From: an uncultured Actinomycetes bacterium
GTDB taxonomy: Bacteria > Actinomycetota > UBA4738 > HRBIN12
Direction of reading: 5' to 3'
DNA: 64,000 nt
Assembly: GCA_963810635.1 (NCBI GenBank)
Contig: CAWEOB010000001.1
Location: 141,751 to 205,750 of the forward strand
How positions within the stretch are numbered: position 1 is the first letter of the stretch; every line of letters starts with the position of its first letter. Below, piece by piece: positions 27,885 to 37,061 of the stretch. The position numbers and the translations under genes are program-made. Below the pieces are notes generated by a model. It was not told the DNA's origin, did not search any database, and saw only the letters and a list, made by a program, of their open reading frames with translations.

Positions 27885-28160
27885 TCAGCCGCCCGCAACC
27901 GCCGGCAGGATCGAGACCGTATCCCCTTCGCTGACCTCGGTCTCGAGCGAGCCCAGGTACCGCACGTCCTCGTCGTTCACGTACACGTTGATGAAGCGGT
28001 GGAGACCGCCGTCGTCCGCCACCACGTTCTTCGTGATGCCCGGGTACTTGGACTCGAGGTCGTTCAGGACGTCGCGGAGCGTGGCGCCATCGGCGCCGAC
28101 CCGCGCTTCGCCCGCCGCATGCTTGCGGAGGATGGTCGGGAGCTTGACGGTGACGGACAT
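27885..28160 (-). CDS. cysO: MoaD/ThiS-family ubiquitin-like sulfur carrier (CysO-like), C-terminal GG
   Basis: 91-aa ORF ending ...SILPAVAGG*. 'VNDEDVRYLGSLETEVSEGDTVSILPAVAGG' is typical of CysO/MoaD carriers. Confidence 0.8.
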   Translation of the reverse strand: MSVTVKLPTILRKHAAGEARVGADGATLRDVLNDLESKYPGITKNVVADDGGLHRFINVYVNDEDVRYLGSLETEVSEGDTVSILPAVAGG

Positions 28161-28182
28161 GTCGGTGGGATCTCCTTCGGTC

Positions 28183-29007
28183 TCACGCGGGTCGGGCCGG
28201 CACGCCGCAGAACGCTTCGTAGTCGACCAGGTCGGTGATGGTGGGCTCCTTGCCGCACACGGGGCAGTCGGCGTCCCACCGGATCTTCACTTCCTGGAAG
28301 CTCATGTGCAGGGCGTCGTACAGGAGGAGACGGCCTTCCAGCGTCTCGCCCTCGCCGGTGATCAGCTTGATCGCCTCGGTCGCCTGGATCGCACCGATCA
28401 CCCCGGGCAAGACGCCGAAGACGCCACCTTCCGCGCAGCTCGGCACGGTCCCGGGCGGTGGCGGCGACGGGAACAGGCACCGGTAGCACGGCGTCTCCTT
28501 GCCCGGCATGAACACGGTGGCCTGACCTTCGAACTGATAGATCGAGCCGTACGCGAGCGGTTTGCGCAGGAACTGCGTGGCGTCGTTCACCAGGTAGCGA
28601 ACGGGGAAGTTGTCGGTGCCGTCGACCACCACGTCATAGGGCTCCATGATCTCCATCACGTTGTCGGAGAAGAGCAGCGTGTCGTGCCCGATCACGTCGA
28701 TCGTGGGGTTGATCGCGCGGAGGTGCTCGACGGCGGACTCGACCTTGGGGCGCCCGACATCGGCATCGGTGTGGAGGATCTGGCGCTGGAGGTTGGACAC
28801 GTCGACGGTGTCGAAGTCGACCACACCGAGCGTGCCGATCCCCGCCGCGGCGAGATACATCGCGATCGGTGACCCGAGGCCACCAGCGCCGATCACGAGG
28901 ACGGAGCTGTCGAGGAGCTTGCGCTGCCCCTTCCCACCGATGTTGGGCAGGATGATGTGGCGCGCGTACCGCTGGACCTGCTCCTCGTTGAACATCGGCG
29001 TGCTCAC
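28183..29007 (-). CDS. ThiF/MoeB/HesA-family E1-like adenylyltransferase (no rhodanese domain)
   Basis: 'YARHIILPNIGGKGQRKLLDSSVLVIGAGGLGSP', 'DFDTVDVSNLQRQILH', and two CxxC pairs (CYRC, CPVC). Confidence 0.85.
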   Translation of the reverse strand: MSTPMFNEEQVQRYARHIILPNIGGKGQRKLLDSSVLVIGAGGLGSPIAMYLAAAGIGTLGVVDFDTVDVSNLQRQILHTDADVGRPKVESAVEHLRAINPTIDVIGHDTLLFSDNVMEIMEPYDVVVDGTDNFPVRYLVNDATQFLRKPLAYGSIYQFEGQATVFMPGKETPCYRCLFPSPPPPGTVPSCAEGGVFGVLPGVIGAIQATEAIKLITGEGETLEGRLLLYDALHMSFQEVKIRWDADCPVCGKEPTITDLVDYEAFCGVPARPA

Positions 29008-29402
29008 GTGATGGTCAGCTCCTCTTCGGTGACCTCTCCGTCAGCGATACGGAAGGACCGCATCACCGGCTGGGTGCGGTCGGCGAGCGACAAGAGGACG
29101 TAGTGGGCTTCGGGGTAGAACGCGAGCTTCACGTCCGTCTCGCTCGGGTAGGCCTCGGAGTGCGTGTGGGAATGGAAGATCGCCCACAGGTCCCAGCCCT
29201 TCTGGTCGAGCTCCTCGAACACCTGGAGCTGCTCCTTGCCATCCAGCCGATAGGTGGCGGGACTCGCGTCCGCGTTCCGCATGGGGAACACGCGCACGGG
29301 AGCGCCGTCCTCGGCCGCGATGAGTCCGCAGGCCTCGTTCGGGAACTCCCGGAGCCCCTGCGCCACGATCTCATCGACGAACACGCGGTCCAGCTCAGCC
29401 AT
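29004..29402 (-). CDS. mec: JAMM/MPN+ metalloprotease (Mec-like)
   Basis: 'EACGLI' plus the JAMM motif 'HSHTHSEAYPSETD'. ATG at 29402 (MAELDRVF...). The stop overlaps the thiF-like start. Confidence 0.8.
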   Translation of the reverse strand: MAELDRVFVDEIVAQGLREFPNEACGLIAAEDGAPVRVFPMRNADASPATYRLDGKEQLQVFEELDQKGWDLWAIFHSHTHSEAYPSETDVKLAFYPEAHYVLLSLADRTQPVMRSFRIADGEVTEEELTIT

Positions 29403-29435
29403 ATCTCGTCTCCGGGTCGCCCAGCTCGGATCTTG

Positions 29436-29453
29436 GACGCGGCTCGCCGCGTC
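29436..29453 (-). terminator. GC hairpin in the 90-nt selD-mec spacer (possible terminator/attenuator)
   Basis: GACGCGG (29436-29442) pairs with CCGCGTC (29447-29453), a 7-bp stem with a 4-nt loop, about 40 nt downstream of the selD stop. There is no U-tract. Confidence 0.25.
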
Positions 29454-29492
29454 TGTTGCAGGTGCAAATGCTACCAATGGGGTCGGCTATTC

Positions 29493-30566
29493 CTAGGCCG
29501 GAGCTGAGCCGCTGGTGCCACCGAGCGACGAGCCGGTCACCTCGATGCGTCCCGCTTCGCCCTCGAGCACCTCGCCGATGCGGTGGGCGGGAACGGCCCT
29601 CGCAGCGAGCGCCGCGACCATAGCCTCCGGATCCCGGGTGGCGATGAGCAACCCCCCGCTCGTCTGTGCGTCTGCGAGGAGGAGCTGCTCGGGTTCGGGC
29701 AGTTCCGTCACCAGGTGGGAGCGCACGTGGGCGTGGTTCCGGCGGGAACCCCCGGGCATCACGCCCGCGCGTGCCAGGTCGAGGACGCGCGGATCGAGGA
29801 GCGGCACGGCGTCGGCCTCCAGCCGGGCCGCCACGCCCGACGCCACCAGCATGCGGTGCAGGTGCCCGAGCAGACCGAACCCGGTGACGTCGGTGGCGGC
29901 GTCGGCTCCGGCCTCGCGCATCGCCGACGATGCATCGCGGTTCGGGGTCGTCATCAGGTCGACCGCCGTCTGAACCAGATCCGTTGGCGCGGTGCCCTGC
30001 TTGAGCGCGGTCGCCACGACCCCGAGCCCGATCGGCTTCGTGAGGATCAGCGCGTCCCCGCTCACGGCGGTCGAGTTCCGCAGGATGCGGTCGGGCTCCA
30101 CGAGCCCGAGGACGACCATGCCGTACTTCGGCTCCGGATCCGTGATCGAGTGACCGCCGAGGACGGCGACGCCGTTATCGGTGGCCACGTCGATGCCGCC
30201 CTGCAGGACGCGTCCGAGCATGTCGAGCGGGAGGTCGTCGACCGGCCAGTTCACGATGTTGAGCGCCAGGAACGGCGTGCCGCCCATGGCGTAGACGTCC
30301 GACAGGGCGTTCGTCGCGGCGATCCGGCCCCAGTCGTACGGGTCGTCCACGATCGGCGTGAAGAAGTCGAGCGTGGCGATGAGCGCGTCACCGTTGGGGA
30401 GGCGGACGACGGCAGCGTCGTCGCCGGTCTCGGCGGCGACGAGGACGTCGTCCGCCGGCACGGGGAGCGTCAGCCCGCCCAGCACCGAGCGCAGGTCGTC
30501 GGGGCCGAGCTTGCAGCCGCATCCGGCACCGTGACTGAAGCTCGTGAGCCTTGCGTTCTGGAGCAT
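29493..30566 (-). CDS. selD: selenide, water dikinase (selenophosphate synthetase), Cys-type
   Basis: ATG at 30566 (MLQNARLTSFSHGAGCGCKLGP...). The N-terminal GxGCGCK loop has Cys rather than Sec. AIR-synthase-like blocks are present (DDAAVV, DFFTPIVDDPYDWGRIAATNALSDVYAMGG). Confidence 0.85.
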   Translation of the reverse strand: MLQNARLTSFSHGAGCGCKLGPDDLRSVLGGLTLPVPADDVLVAAETGDDAAVVRLPNGDALIATLDFFTPIVDDPYDWGRIAATNALSDVYAMGGTPFLALNIVNWPVDDLPLDMLGRVLQGGIDVATDNGVAVLGGHSITDPEPKYGMVVLGLVEPDRILRNSTAVSGDALILTKPIGLGVVATALKQGTAPTDLVQTAVDLMTTPNRDASSAMREAGADAATDVTGFGLLGHLHRMLVASGVAARLEADAVPLLDPRVLDLARAGVMPGGSRRNHAHVRSHLVTELPEPEQLLLADAQTSGGLLIATRDPEAMVAALAARAVPAHRIGEVLEGEAGRIEVTGSSLGGTSGSAPA

Positions 30567-30589
30567 CACGTAAGGATATGCTGCGCGCC

Positions 30590-31282
30590 ATGTCCCTTCC
30601 CCCTCCTCCCGCGTCGGGCGAGAGCGGCGGACGCGGTCCGGAGACACCCCTTCCCGATAGACCGACTCCCGGCCCCGCCACGAAGCGTGGTACCTGGATC
30701 GCCGTTGTCGTGGTGGTCGCGATCCTCGTCGCGATCGTGGCGGCCGGGGTGGTCGCGGTGGTCGCCGGCGGCGGGCCCGATGCCGCGTCGTCGCCGGCTT
30801 CGTCGCTTCCGTCACCGACCGAGAGCGGGCGGGCGTCCGCTTCGCCGACCGACGCCGAGACGCCGGATGCCCTTCCGGACTCCATCGACGGGTCCGATCG
30901 CCTCACGGGCTCGATCGCCGATGCGTACGAGGATCTCATGCGGAGCGTCGAAGGGGGGGACCTCGCGATCGCGTACGGCGTCTACGGCACCGAGACACGC
31001 CCGCGCTTCGTGATGGCCCACCTCACGGAGTCGCTCCCGCTCGACGAGTTCCCCGGCGAGTCACTGCTGGAGCTCATCTCCGAAACGGGGCAGCTCGAGC
31101 TCACCGGGCAGGTCCACACCGGCGAGGAAGGTGGCGTCGCCGCCGCCTGCTCGGCCGTGGAGGTTCCGGGGGTCTCCTTCCTCTGTCTCCTGAACTCCGA
31201 GACCGGCTATTTCATGCTGATGGGGCTCGAGCCGGCATCGGGCGACGAGATGCTCACGTTCGCGTACGAGGCTGGTTCCTGA
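30590..31282 (+). CDS. hypothetical single-pass membrane protein
   Basis: Part of track ORF 30551..31282; I prefer the ATG at 30590 (MSLPPPP). It has a Pro-rich N-terminus, one TM helix (WIAVVVVVAILVAIVAAGVVAVVAGG) and an extracytoplasmic domain. Confidence 0.5.
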   Translation: MSLPPPPASGESGGRGPETPLPDRPTPGPATKRGTWIAVVVVVAILVAIVAAGVVAVVAGGGPDAASSPASSLPSPTESGRASASPTDAETPDALPDSIDGSDRLTGSIADAYEDLMRSVEGGDLAIAYGVYGTETRPRFVMAHLTESLPLDEFPGESLLELISETGQLELTGQVHTGEEGGVAAACSAVEVPGVSFLCLLNSETGYFMLMGLEPASGDEMLTFAYEAGS

Positions 31283-31288
31283 TCCCAC

Positions 31289-32068
31289 TCAATCCAGCTC
31301 GGTGCCGATGGCGTGGAAGCCACCGTCCACGTGGATCAGCTCGCCGGTGATCCCTTTCGAGAGGTCGGAGAAGAGGAACGCCACCGTGTCACCGACGGGG
31401 GTCGGATCCTGGACGTCCCACCCGAGCGGCGCTCGCCGTCCCCACTGGCCCGTGATCCGGTCGAACCCCGGGATCCCCTTGCCCGCGATGGTCTTGATGG
31501 GTCCGGCGCTCACCGTGTTGACGCGGATCCCCTTCGGGCCGAGGTCGCGTGCCAGGTACCTCGTCACCGACTCGAGACCGGCTTTCGCCACGCCCATCCA
31601 GTCGTAGACCGGCCAGGCAACCGTGGCGTCGAAGTCGAGCGACACGACCGACGCGCTCCCGGCGGCCTCGAGCAACGGCTGCAGTCCGACCGACAGCGCC
31701 TTCAACGAGTAGGCGCTGGTCTGGAACGCCGTGGCCACGCTCTCCCAAGGCGTCTGCAAGAAGTTGCCACCCAAGGCGTCCGGCGGCGCGAACGCGATCG
31801 CATGGAGGAACCCGTCGAGCGAGCCCCACCGGCCCTGGAGTTCGGTGCGGACCGCCTCGATCTGCGCCTCGTCGTTCACGTCGAGCTCGAGCACATCGGG
31901 AGGATCGGGCAACCGCTTGGCCACCTTCTGGGTCAGGCTCACCCCACGTCCGAAGTTCGACAGGACGATCGATGCCCCCTGCTCCTGGGCGGAGCGGGCC
32001 GCCGCGAACGCGATCGACTGTGGGGTCAGCACGCCGGTGATGAGCAATCTCTTCCCGTCCAGCAGCAC
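31289..32068 (-). CDS. fabI: enoyl-[acyl-carrier-protein] reductase, NADH-dependent (FabI/InhA type)
   Basis: GTG at 32068 after GAGGAG. 'LLDGKRLLITGVLTPQSIAF', 'HAIAFAP', 'AYSLKAL', 'YDWMGVAKAGLESVTRYLA' (Tyr/Lys catalytic pair) and 'IRVNTVSAGPIKT'. Confidence 0.85.
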   Translation of the reverse strand: MLLDGKRLLITGVLTPQSIAFAAARSAQEQGASIVLSNFGRGVSLTQKVAKRLPDPPDVLELDVNDEAQIEAVRTELQGRWGSLDGFLHAIAFAPPDALGGNFLQTPWESVATAFQTSAYSLKALSVGLQPLLEAAGSASVVSLDFDATVAWPVYDWMGVAKAGLESVTRYLARDLGPKGIRVNTVSAGPIKTIAGKGIPGFDRITGQWGRRAPLGWDVQDPTPVGDTVAFLFSDLSKGITGELIHVDGGFHAIGTELD

Positions 32069-32100
32069 CTGGTCTCCTCGCTCCCTGAGGGGGTCGCTCA

Positions 32101-32379
32101 CTATCCCGTGACGATCTCGAACGTGACGTTCCCGTCGTCGTCGACCTGCGTGACACGCACCGTCCACTCGACGCCCTCCCCGGCGGCGGTGCACTCGAAG
32201 GTGGCGCCGGCTTCGACCGCGATGTCGGCGGGGCACGTCACCTCCGACACGGGGGGTCCGCCCCCATCCTGCAGCTCCGCCACGATCTGCTCCTCGAGAC
32301 CCTCCGTGTCGAGCGAACGGGTGCACGCCGCTCCGGTGAGGGCGACCATGGCAACGAGGAGCAAGACGCGTGCGCGCAC
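32101..32379 (-). CDS. DUF4333-family small lipoprotein
   Basis: Lipobox (LLLVAMVALTGAAC) and the characteristic 'VTCPADIAVEAGATFECTA...VTFEIV' pattern. Confidence 0.7.
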   Translation of the reverse strand: MRARVLLLVAMVALTGAACTRSLDTEGLEEQIVAELQDGGGPPVSEVTCPADIAVEAGATFECTAAGEGVEWTVRVTQVDDDGNVTFEIVTG

Positions 32380-32458
32380 CGTACCTCCGGGCCGGGAACG
32401 CCCGAGCGTAGCGGCGGCCGCGACGCCGGGTCAACGAGGACCGCTAGCATCGGCATCC

Positions 32459-33172
32459 ATGGACCTCGGATTGGACGGCAGGGTCGCGCTCGTGACCGCC
32501 GCGTCGCGGGGACTGGGGCGCGGCGCCGCCCGGGCGCTGGCCGAGGAGGGTGCCCGGGTCGCGATCTGCGCCCGCGATCCCGAGCGCTTGGCCGCTACCG
32601 CCGAGTCTTTGCCCGGCGAGACGCTCGCGATCCCCGCCGACATGGCGGATCCGGAGACGCCGGCGCGACTGGTCGAGGCCGCGGTGGAACGGTTCGGCCG
32701 CCTCGACATCGTCGTCGGCAACGCCGGGGGTCCTCCCCCCGCCCGTGCTCTGGAGGTCGACGGCACGGCGCTGCACGCGGCCGTGGACGCGAACCTCCTC
32801 TCGTCGATCCGGCTCGTCCGGTCGGCGCTCCCGCACCTGCGCGCGGCGGGATGGGGACGGATCGCCCTCATCACCTCGGCCGCCGTGAAGCAGCCGATCC
32901 CCGCGCTCGCGTATTCGAACACCGTGCGGACCGGTCTCTGGGCGTGGGCGAAGACCGCCGCCCAGGATCTCATCGACGACGGCATCACCCTGAACCTGGT
33001 CTGCCCGGGTCTCCACGACACCGACCGGGTCCGCGAGCTCGGGATGACGGGGCGCATGGGCGATCCCGAGGACTTCGGGCGGGTCGTCGCTTTCCTGTGC
33101 TCCGAGCCCGCCGGCTTCGTGTCGGGCGCCGCCCTCCAGGTCGACGGCGCCGGTACCCTGGGCCTCCTGTGA
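32459..33172 (+). CDS. SDR-family oxidoreductase (FabG-like)
   Basis: ATG at 32459. 'GRVALVTAASRGLGRGAA' (TGxxxGxG variant), 'NAGG' and 'YSNTVRTGL' (Y-x3-R/K region). Confidence 0.8.
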   Translation: MDLGLDGRVALVTAASRGLGRGAARALAEEGARVAICARDPERLAATAESLPGETLAIPADMADPETPARLVEAAVERFGRLDIVVGNAGGPPPARALEVDGTALHAAVDANLLSSIRLVRSALPHLRAAGWGRIALITSAAVKQPIPALAYSNTVRTGLWAWAKTAAQDLIDDGITLNLVCPGLHDTDRVRELGMTGRMGDPEDFGRVVAFLCSEPAGFVSGAALQVDGAGTLGLL

Positions 33173-33188
33173 ACCCAGGAGGATCCGT

Positions 33189-34842
33189 GTGACCGAGAAC
33201 GACCGCGTCGATGCCCTCGTGGCCCGCGCTTGGGACAACCTGCTCGAGATCGAGCCGCTGATTGGGACCATGGTCGGCGACGGACGTCACGACGATCGTC
33301 TCGGCGATCCGAGCGAAGCCGGGCGCGACCACCAAGAAGAGGTGTTCCGAAGAGCGCAAGCTGACGCTGCGTCGATCGATCGGTCGAGCCTCGACGACGA
33401 CCATGCGGCGACCCTCGACATCCTCGACGCCATCAGCGCACGCTTCCTGGCCAAGCTCGAGAACCGCATCGATCGCCTCGAGGTCGCGAACCATCTCTTC
33501 GGCCCTGCAGCGTTGCTCGGCGAGGTCGCGTCCATCCAGCAGGCCGACACGCCCGAGCGCTTGGACCGGTACGAGGGCCGTCTCCGTGCCTTCCCCGCGT
33601 TCCTCGAGGCCTCCGAAGACATCGCTCGGGAGGCGGTCGAGACAGGCGTCGTGGCGCCCCGCGTCGTGGCCGAGCGCGCGATCGGGCAGCTCGACCGCGT
33701 TCTGGCGCTCGACGCGGAGAACTCACCCGCGCTCATGCCCGTCGGTGAGGATCCGGAGGCCCGCGAGCGGATCGCCGGCGTCGTCCGCGACGTCGTGAAC
33801 CCGGCGCACAGCCGCTTCCGCGACGTGCTTCGTCACGAGCTCCTCCCGGTCGCGACCGAAACGATCGGGCTCTCCGACCTCCCGGGCGGGGACGGGATGT
33901 ACGCGGCCGAGATCGCTCGGATGGACCTCGCTTCCGCTCGACCCCGAGGCCGTCCACCGGCTCGGACTCGAGCGCCTCGCGGCGATCCAGGAGGAGCGGT
34001 CGGCCGTCGCCGCCGGGCTCGGGTTCGCCTCGCCGGCGGCGGCGATCGCCGACAGGACGGCCCGCGGCGAGAACACGGCGTCGTCCCCCGAGGAGCTGGT
34101 GGCCATGGCCGAGGATCAGGTCCGCCGGAGCTGGGAGGCCTCTCCCGCCTTCTTCGGACGGTTGCCCAAGGTCAACTGTCAGGTGAGGCGTGTGGAAGCC
34201 TTCCGCGAGGCCGACTCGCCCTTCGCGTTCTACAACCAGGCCACGGAGGACGGCTCCCGTCCGGGGATCTACTACATCAACGCCTTCGGCCTGGACGACC
34301 GCGCGCTGCATCACGTGGCGAGCGTGACCTACCACGAGGCGAATCCCGGTCATCACTTCCAGATCGCCATCGAACAGGAGATGAATGATCGGCCGTTGCT
34401 GCGCCGGTTCGGGACGATCCTCGCCGGAGCGGCGTTCGTGGAGGGCTGGGGGCTCTACGCGGAGCGCCTCGCCGACACGATGGGCCTGTACCTCGACGAG
34501 TGGGAGCGGATGGGCATGCTCGAGAACCAGGCCCACCGGGCGGCTCGCCTCGTGACCGACACCGGGATCCACGCGCTCGGCTGGACCCGGGATGCGGCGA
34601 TCGCGACCCTCGAGGAGAGCGGCCAGACCCACGTCGACTCGGTCATCGAGGTCGACCGCTACATCGGTATGCCCGCGCAGGCCCTCTGCTACATGATCGG
34701 CATGATCGAGATGGAGAAGGCGCGGGACGCGGAGCGGGCTCGACGCCGCGCCGACTTCTCGCTCCAGGGGTTCCACGACCACGTGCTCGACCTCGGGCAG
34801 CTCCCCCTGCCGTCGTTCCGCCGGGTGTTCGGCACCAGCTGA
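33189..34842 (+). CDS. DUF885-family protein (one frameshift at about 33921)
   Basis: The N-terminal part (track ORF 33189..34388) joins 'WTSLPLDPEAVHRLGLERLAAIQEE...' in the frame of track ORF 34099..34842, which carries the family motif 'YHEANPGHHFQ'. An extra 'a' at about 33921 explains the 3n+1 length. Confidence 0.8.
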
Positions 34843-34864
34843 ACGGGCCGCGCGAGCGTGCCGC

Positions 34865-36054
34865 TCAGGCCGCAGCGCGCCAGGCGTCGCGGAGCTTGAC
34901 CCTCGCTCCGGTCCGCAGGATCGCACCGGCGTAGAGCCGGCCCGACAACGGGATCAGGAGCAGCGTGCCGCCGATCAGCAGGACCAGCGCGAGAGCGATC
35001 TGCCACGGTTCCGCCGCGCCGAGCGAGATCCGCACGGGCATCGCGAGCGCCGACGATGTCGGGAGGATCGAGGCAACCACCGAGAGGGTGCTGTCGGGGT
35101 TCTCGAGGGCGCCCACCGAGATGAAGAACGAGACGAGGATGACCAGGTTGATCGGCGTGAGCGCGTTCTGGAGCTCCTCCATCCGGGACACGAGTGACCC
35201 CGCCACTGCGAACACGCCCGCGTAGAACGCGAAGCCCAGCACGAACCACCCGATCACCAGCGCCGCCGTGCTGATGGCTTCACCGGGCACCTCGATGGCA
35301 CCCGTCACGAGCGCGAGCACGATGGCGAACACCGCGATGCAGACCAATTGACCGAGACCGAGCAGGCCGATGCCGACGATCTTGCCGGCCATCAGCTGCC
35401 GGGGCCGGATGGCCGACAGGAGGATCTCGACCACCCGCGAGGACTTCTCCTCGATCACCCCGGTCGCGATCCAGACCCCGTACCCGAAGAGCTGGCCGTA
35501 CAGGATGATCACGCCGATCAACGCGTAGCCGCCGTTCTCATCACGGTTCGGACTCACGGGTTCCAGCGTTCGGGTGTCCACCGGCGACTGGTCGGCGATC
35601 GCTGCCTGCTCATCGGCCGGCACGTCGAACCGTTCGAACACGCTCTGCAGCCTGCTCGTGATCGCCGCGGCCTGGACGATCTGCCGGAGTTGGCTGGGCA
35701 CGCTCGTCTCGACGATGAGCTCGTCCCCCGCGACGACCGCATCGACCTCGCCGTCTCGCACCGCGGCCTCGGCCGTGGCGAGGTCGTCGTAGGTCGTGAC
35801 GGTGATCTGCACCGGCGGCTTGAGGCCGGCCCCCACAGCGGCCGCCTGGTCAGCGAGCTCCTCCCCCTGGATCCGCCGAGGTCGTACGACGGCGTGGAGC
35901 CCTCGTTGTTCGCACGGATGAAGATGAGGATCGACAAGACCGCCAGCGTGATGACGGTCGAGATCACGAACCCACGATCGCGCAGGCGCACCCAGAAGTC
36001 GCGGCGTGCCACCAGCCGCCACGTGCCCCGGTCGGTGGGGCGCGGGTCGCTCAC
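34865..36054 (-). CDS. ABC-2-type transporter permease (NatB/YhaP-like; one frameshift near 35885)
   Basis: GTG at 36054 overlaps the ATPase stop. 'MSDPRPTDRGTWRLVARRDFWVRLRDRGFVISTVITLAVL...STPSYDLGG' joins 'IQGEELADQAAAVG...' and 6 C-terminal TM helices. The length is 3n+2. Confidence 0.7.
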
Positions 36055-36944
36055 GCGAGCACCACCTCACGGAAGAGCTCCGCGAGCGTGGGCCGGACAC
36101 GGCTGAAGTGCACGACGTCGCCGGCGCCCCGCGCCAGGTCCAGGATCCGCTGTTCGTCGACGTCGTCGGCGAGCGTGAGCACGACCGCACCGTTCGACCG
36201 ACCGGCGAGCTCGACCCCGGGGATCACCTCGTACCACCCGTCGGGGGCCCGCAGGACCTCGACGCTGACCTGCCGGCGCTCGCGGGACGCCCGGAGCGCG
36301 TCGATGGTCCCCGCCTGCACCACCCGACCGTGATGGATCAGCACCACCTCGTCGCAGACGCGCTCGACCAGGTCGAGCTGGTGGCTCGAGAACACCACGG
36401 GGACGCCGCCTTCCCGGGCTTCGCGTTGGAGCACGCCTACGAGGACGTCCACGCCGACCGGGTCCAAGCCCGAGAAGGGCTCGTCCAGGACGAGGCACGC
36501 GGGCCGGTGGACGAGGGCGGCCGCCAACTGCGCCCGCTGTTGGTTGCCGAGCGAGAGCGACTCGACGCGATCGCGCGCCCGGTCGGCGATCCCGAGCACC
36601 TCGAGGATCTCGTTGGCCCGACACGTCGCCTCCGCGCGAGGCATCCCGTGGAGCATGGCGAGATAGACGAGCTGCTCCTGAACCCGCATCTTCGGGTACA
36701 GGCCGCGCTCCTCCGGCATGTACCCGAACCGGCGTCGTTCCACGCTGTCGAGGGGCCGGTCGTTCCACCGGACGTCGCCTGCGTCCGGCTCCAGCACACC
36801 GAGCGCGATCCGCATCGTCGTGGTCTTCCCGGAACCGTTCGGCCCGACGAACCCCACGATGCGGCCGTCTCCGACATCGAACGACACGCCGTCGAGCGCG
36901 ACGACGTCGTCGAAGCGACGATGCAGGTCGATCAGTTCGAGCAC
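36051..36944 (-). CDS. ABC transporter ATP-binding protein
   Basis: Walker A 'GPNGSGKTT', signature 'LSLGNQQR', Walker B 'CLVLDEPFSGLD'. Confidence 0.85.
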   Translation of the reverse strand: MLELIDLHRRFDDVVALDGVSFDVGDGRIVGFVGPNGSGKTTTMRIALGVLEPDAGDVRWNDRPLDSVERRRFGYMPEERGLYPKMRVQEQLVYLAMLHGMPRAEATCRANEILEVLGIADRARDRVESLSLGNQQRAQLAAALVHRPACLVLDEPFSGLDPVGVDVLVGVLQREAREGGVPVVFSSHQLDLVERVCDEVVLIHHGRVVQAGTIDALRASRERRQVSVEVLRAPDGWYEVIPGVELAGRSNGAVVLTLADDVDEQRILDLARGAGDVVHFSRVRPTLAELFREVVLA

Positions 36945-37061
36945 GGGCTCCGACAGGATAGGTCAGCGTCGGTTCCGGACCCGGCAACCGATCCGATGTG
37001 CGGACCCCGTCTCGAAGGCCTACGCTGCGGGACGTCGGACGACCGACCTGGGGAAGAGGGG

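Noticed and set aside
24722-27934. 1070-aa plus-strand ORF
   Set aside because: Most of it is antisense to the substrate-binding-protein gene and the PT-rich lipoprotein gene, and it translates to low-complexity Arg/Gly/Pro sequence. Only the 26789 to ~27200 segment looks protein-like and is called separately at low confidence.
27885-29402. JAMM + E1-like + ubiquitin-like triad as a Bil-type/ubiquitin-like antiphage conjugation system
   Set aside because: No E2-like gene is present. The Ubl is a MoaD/CysO-type carrier ending in GG. A mycobacterial-type CysM and the conserved murI-rph-rdgB block lie on the same strand. The simpler reading is CysO-dependent cysteine biosynthesis.
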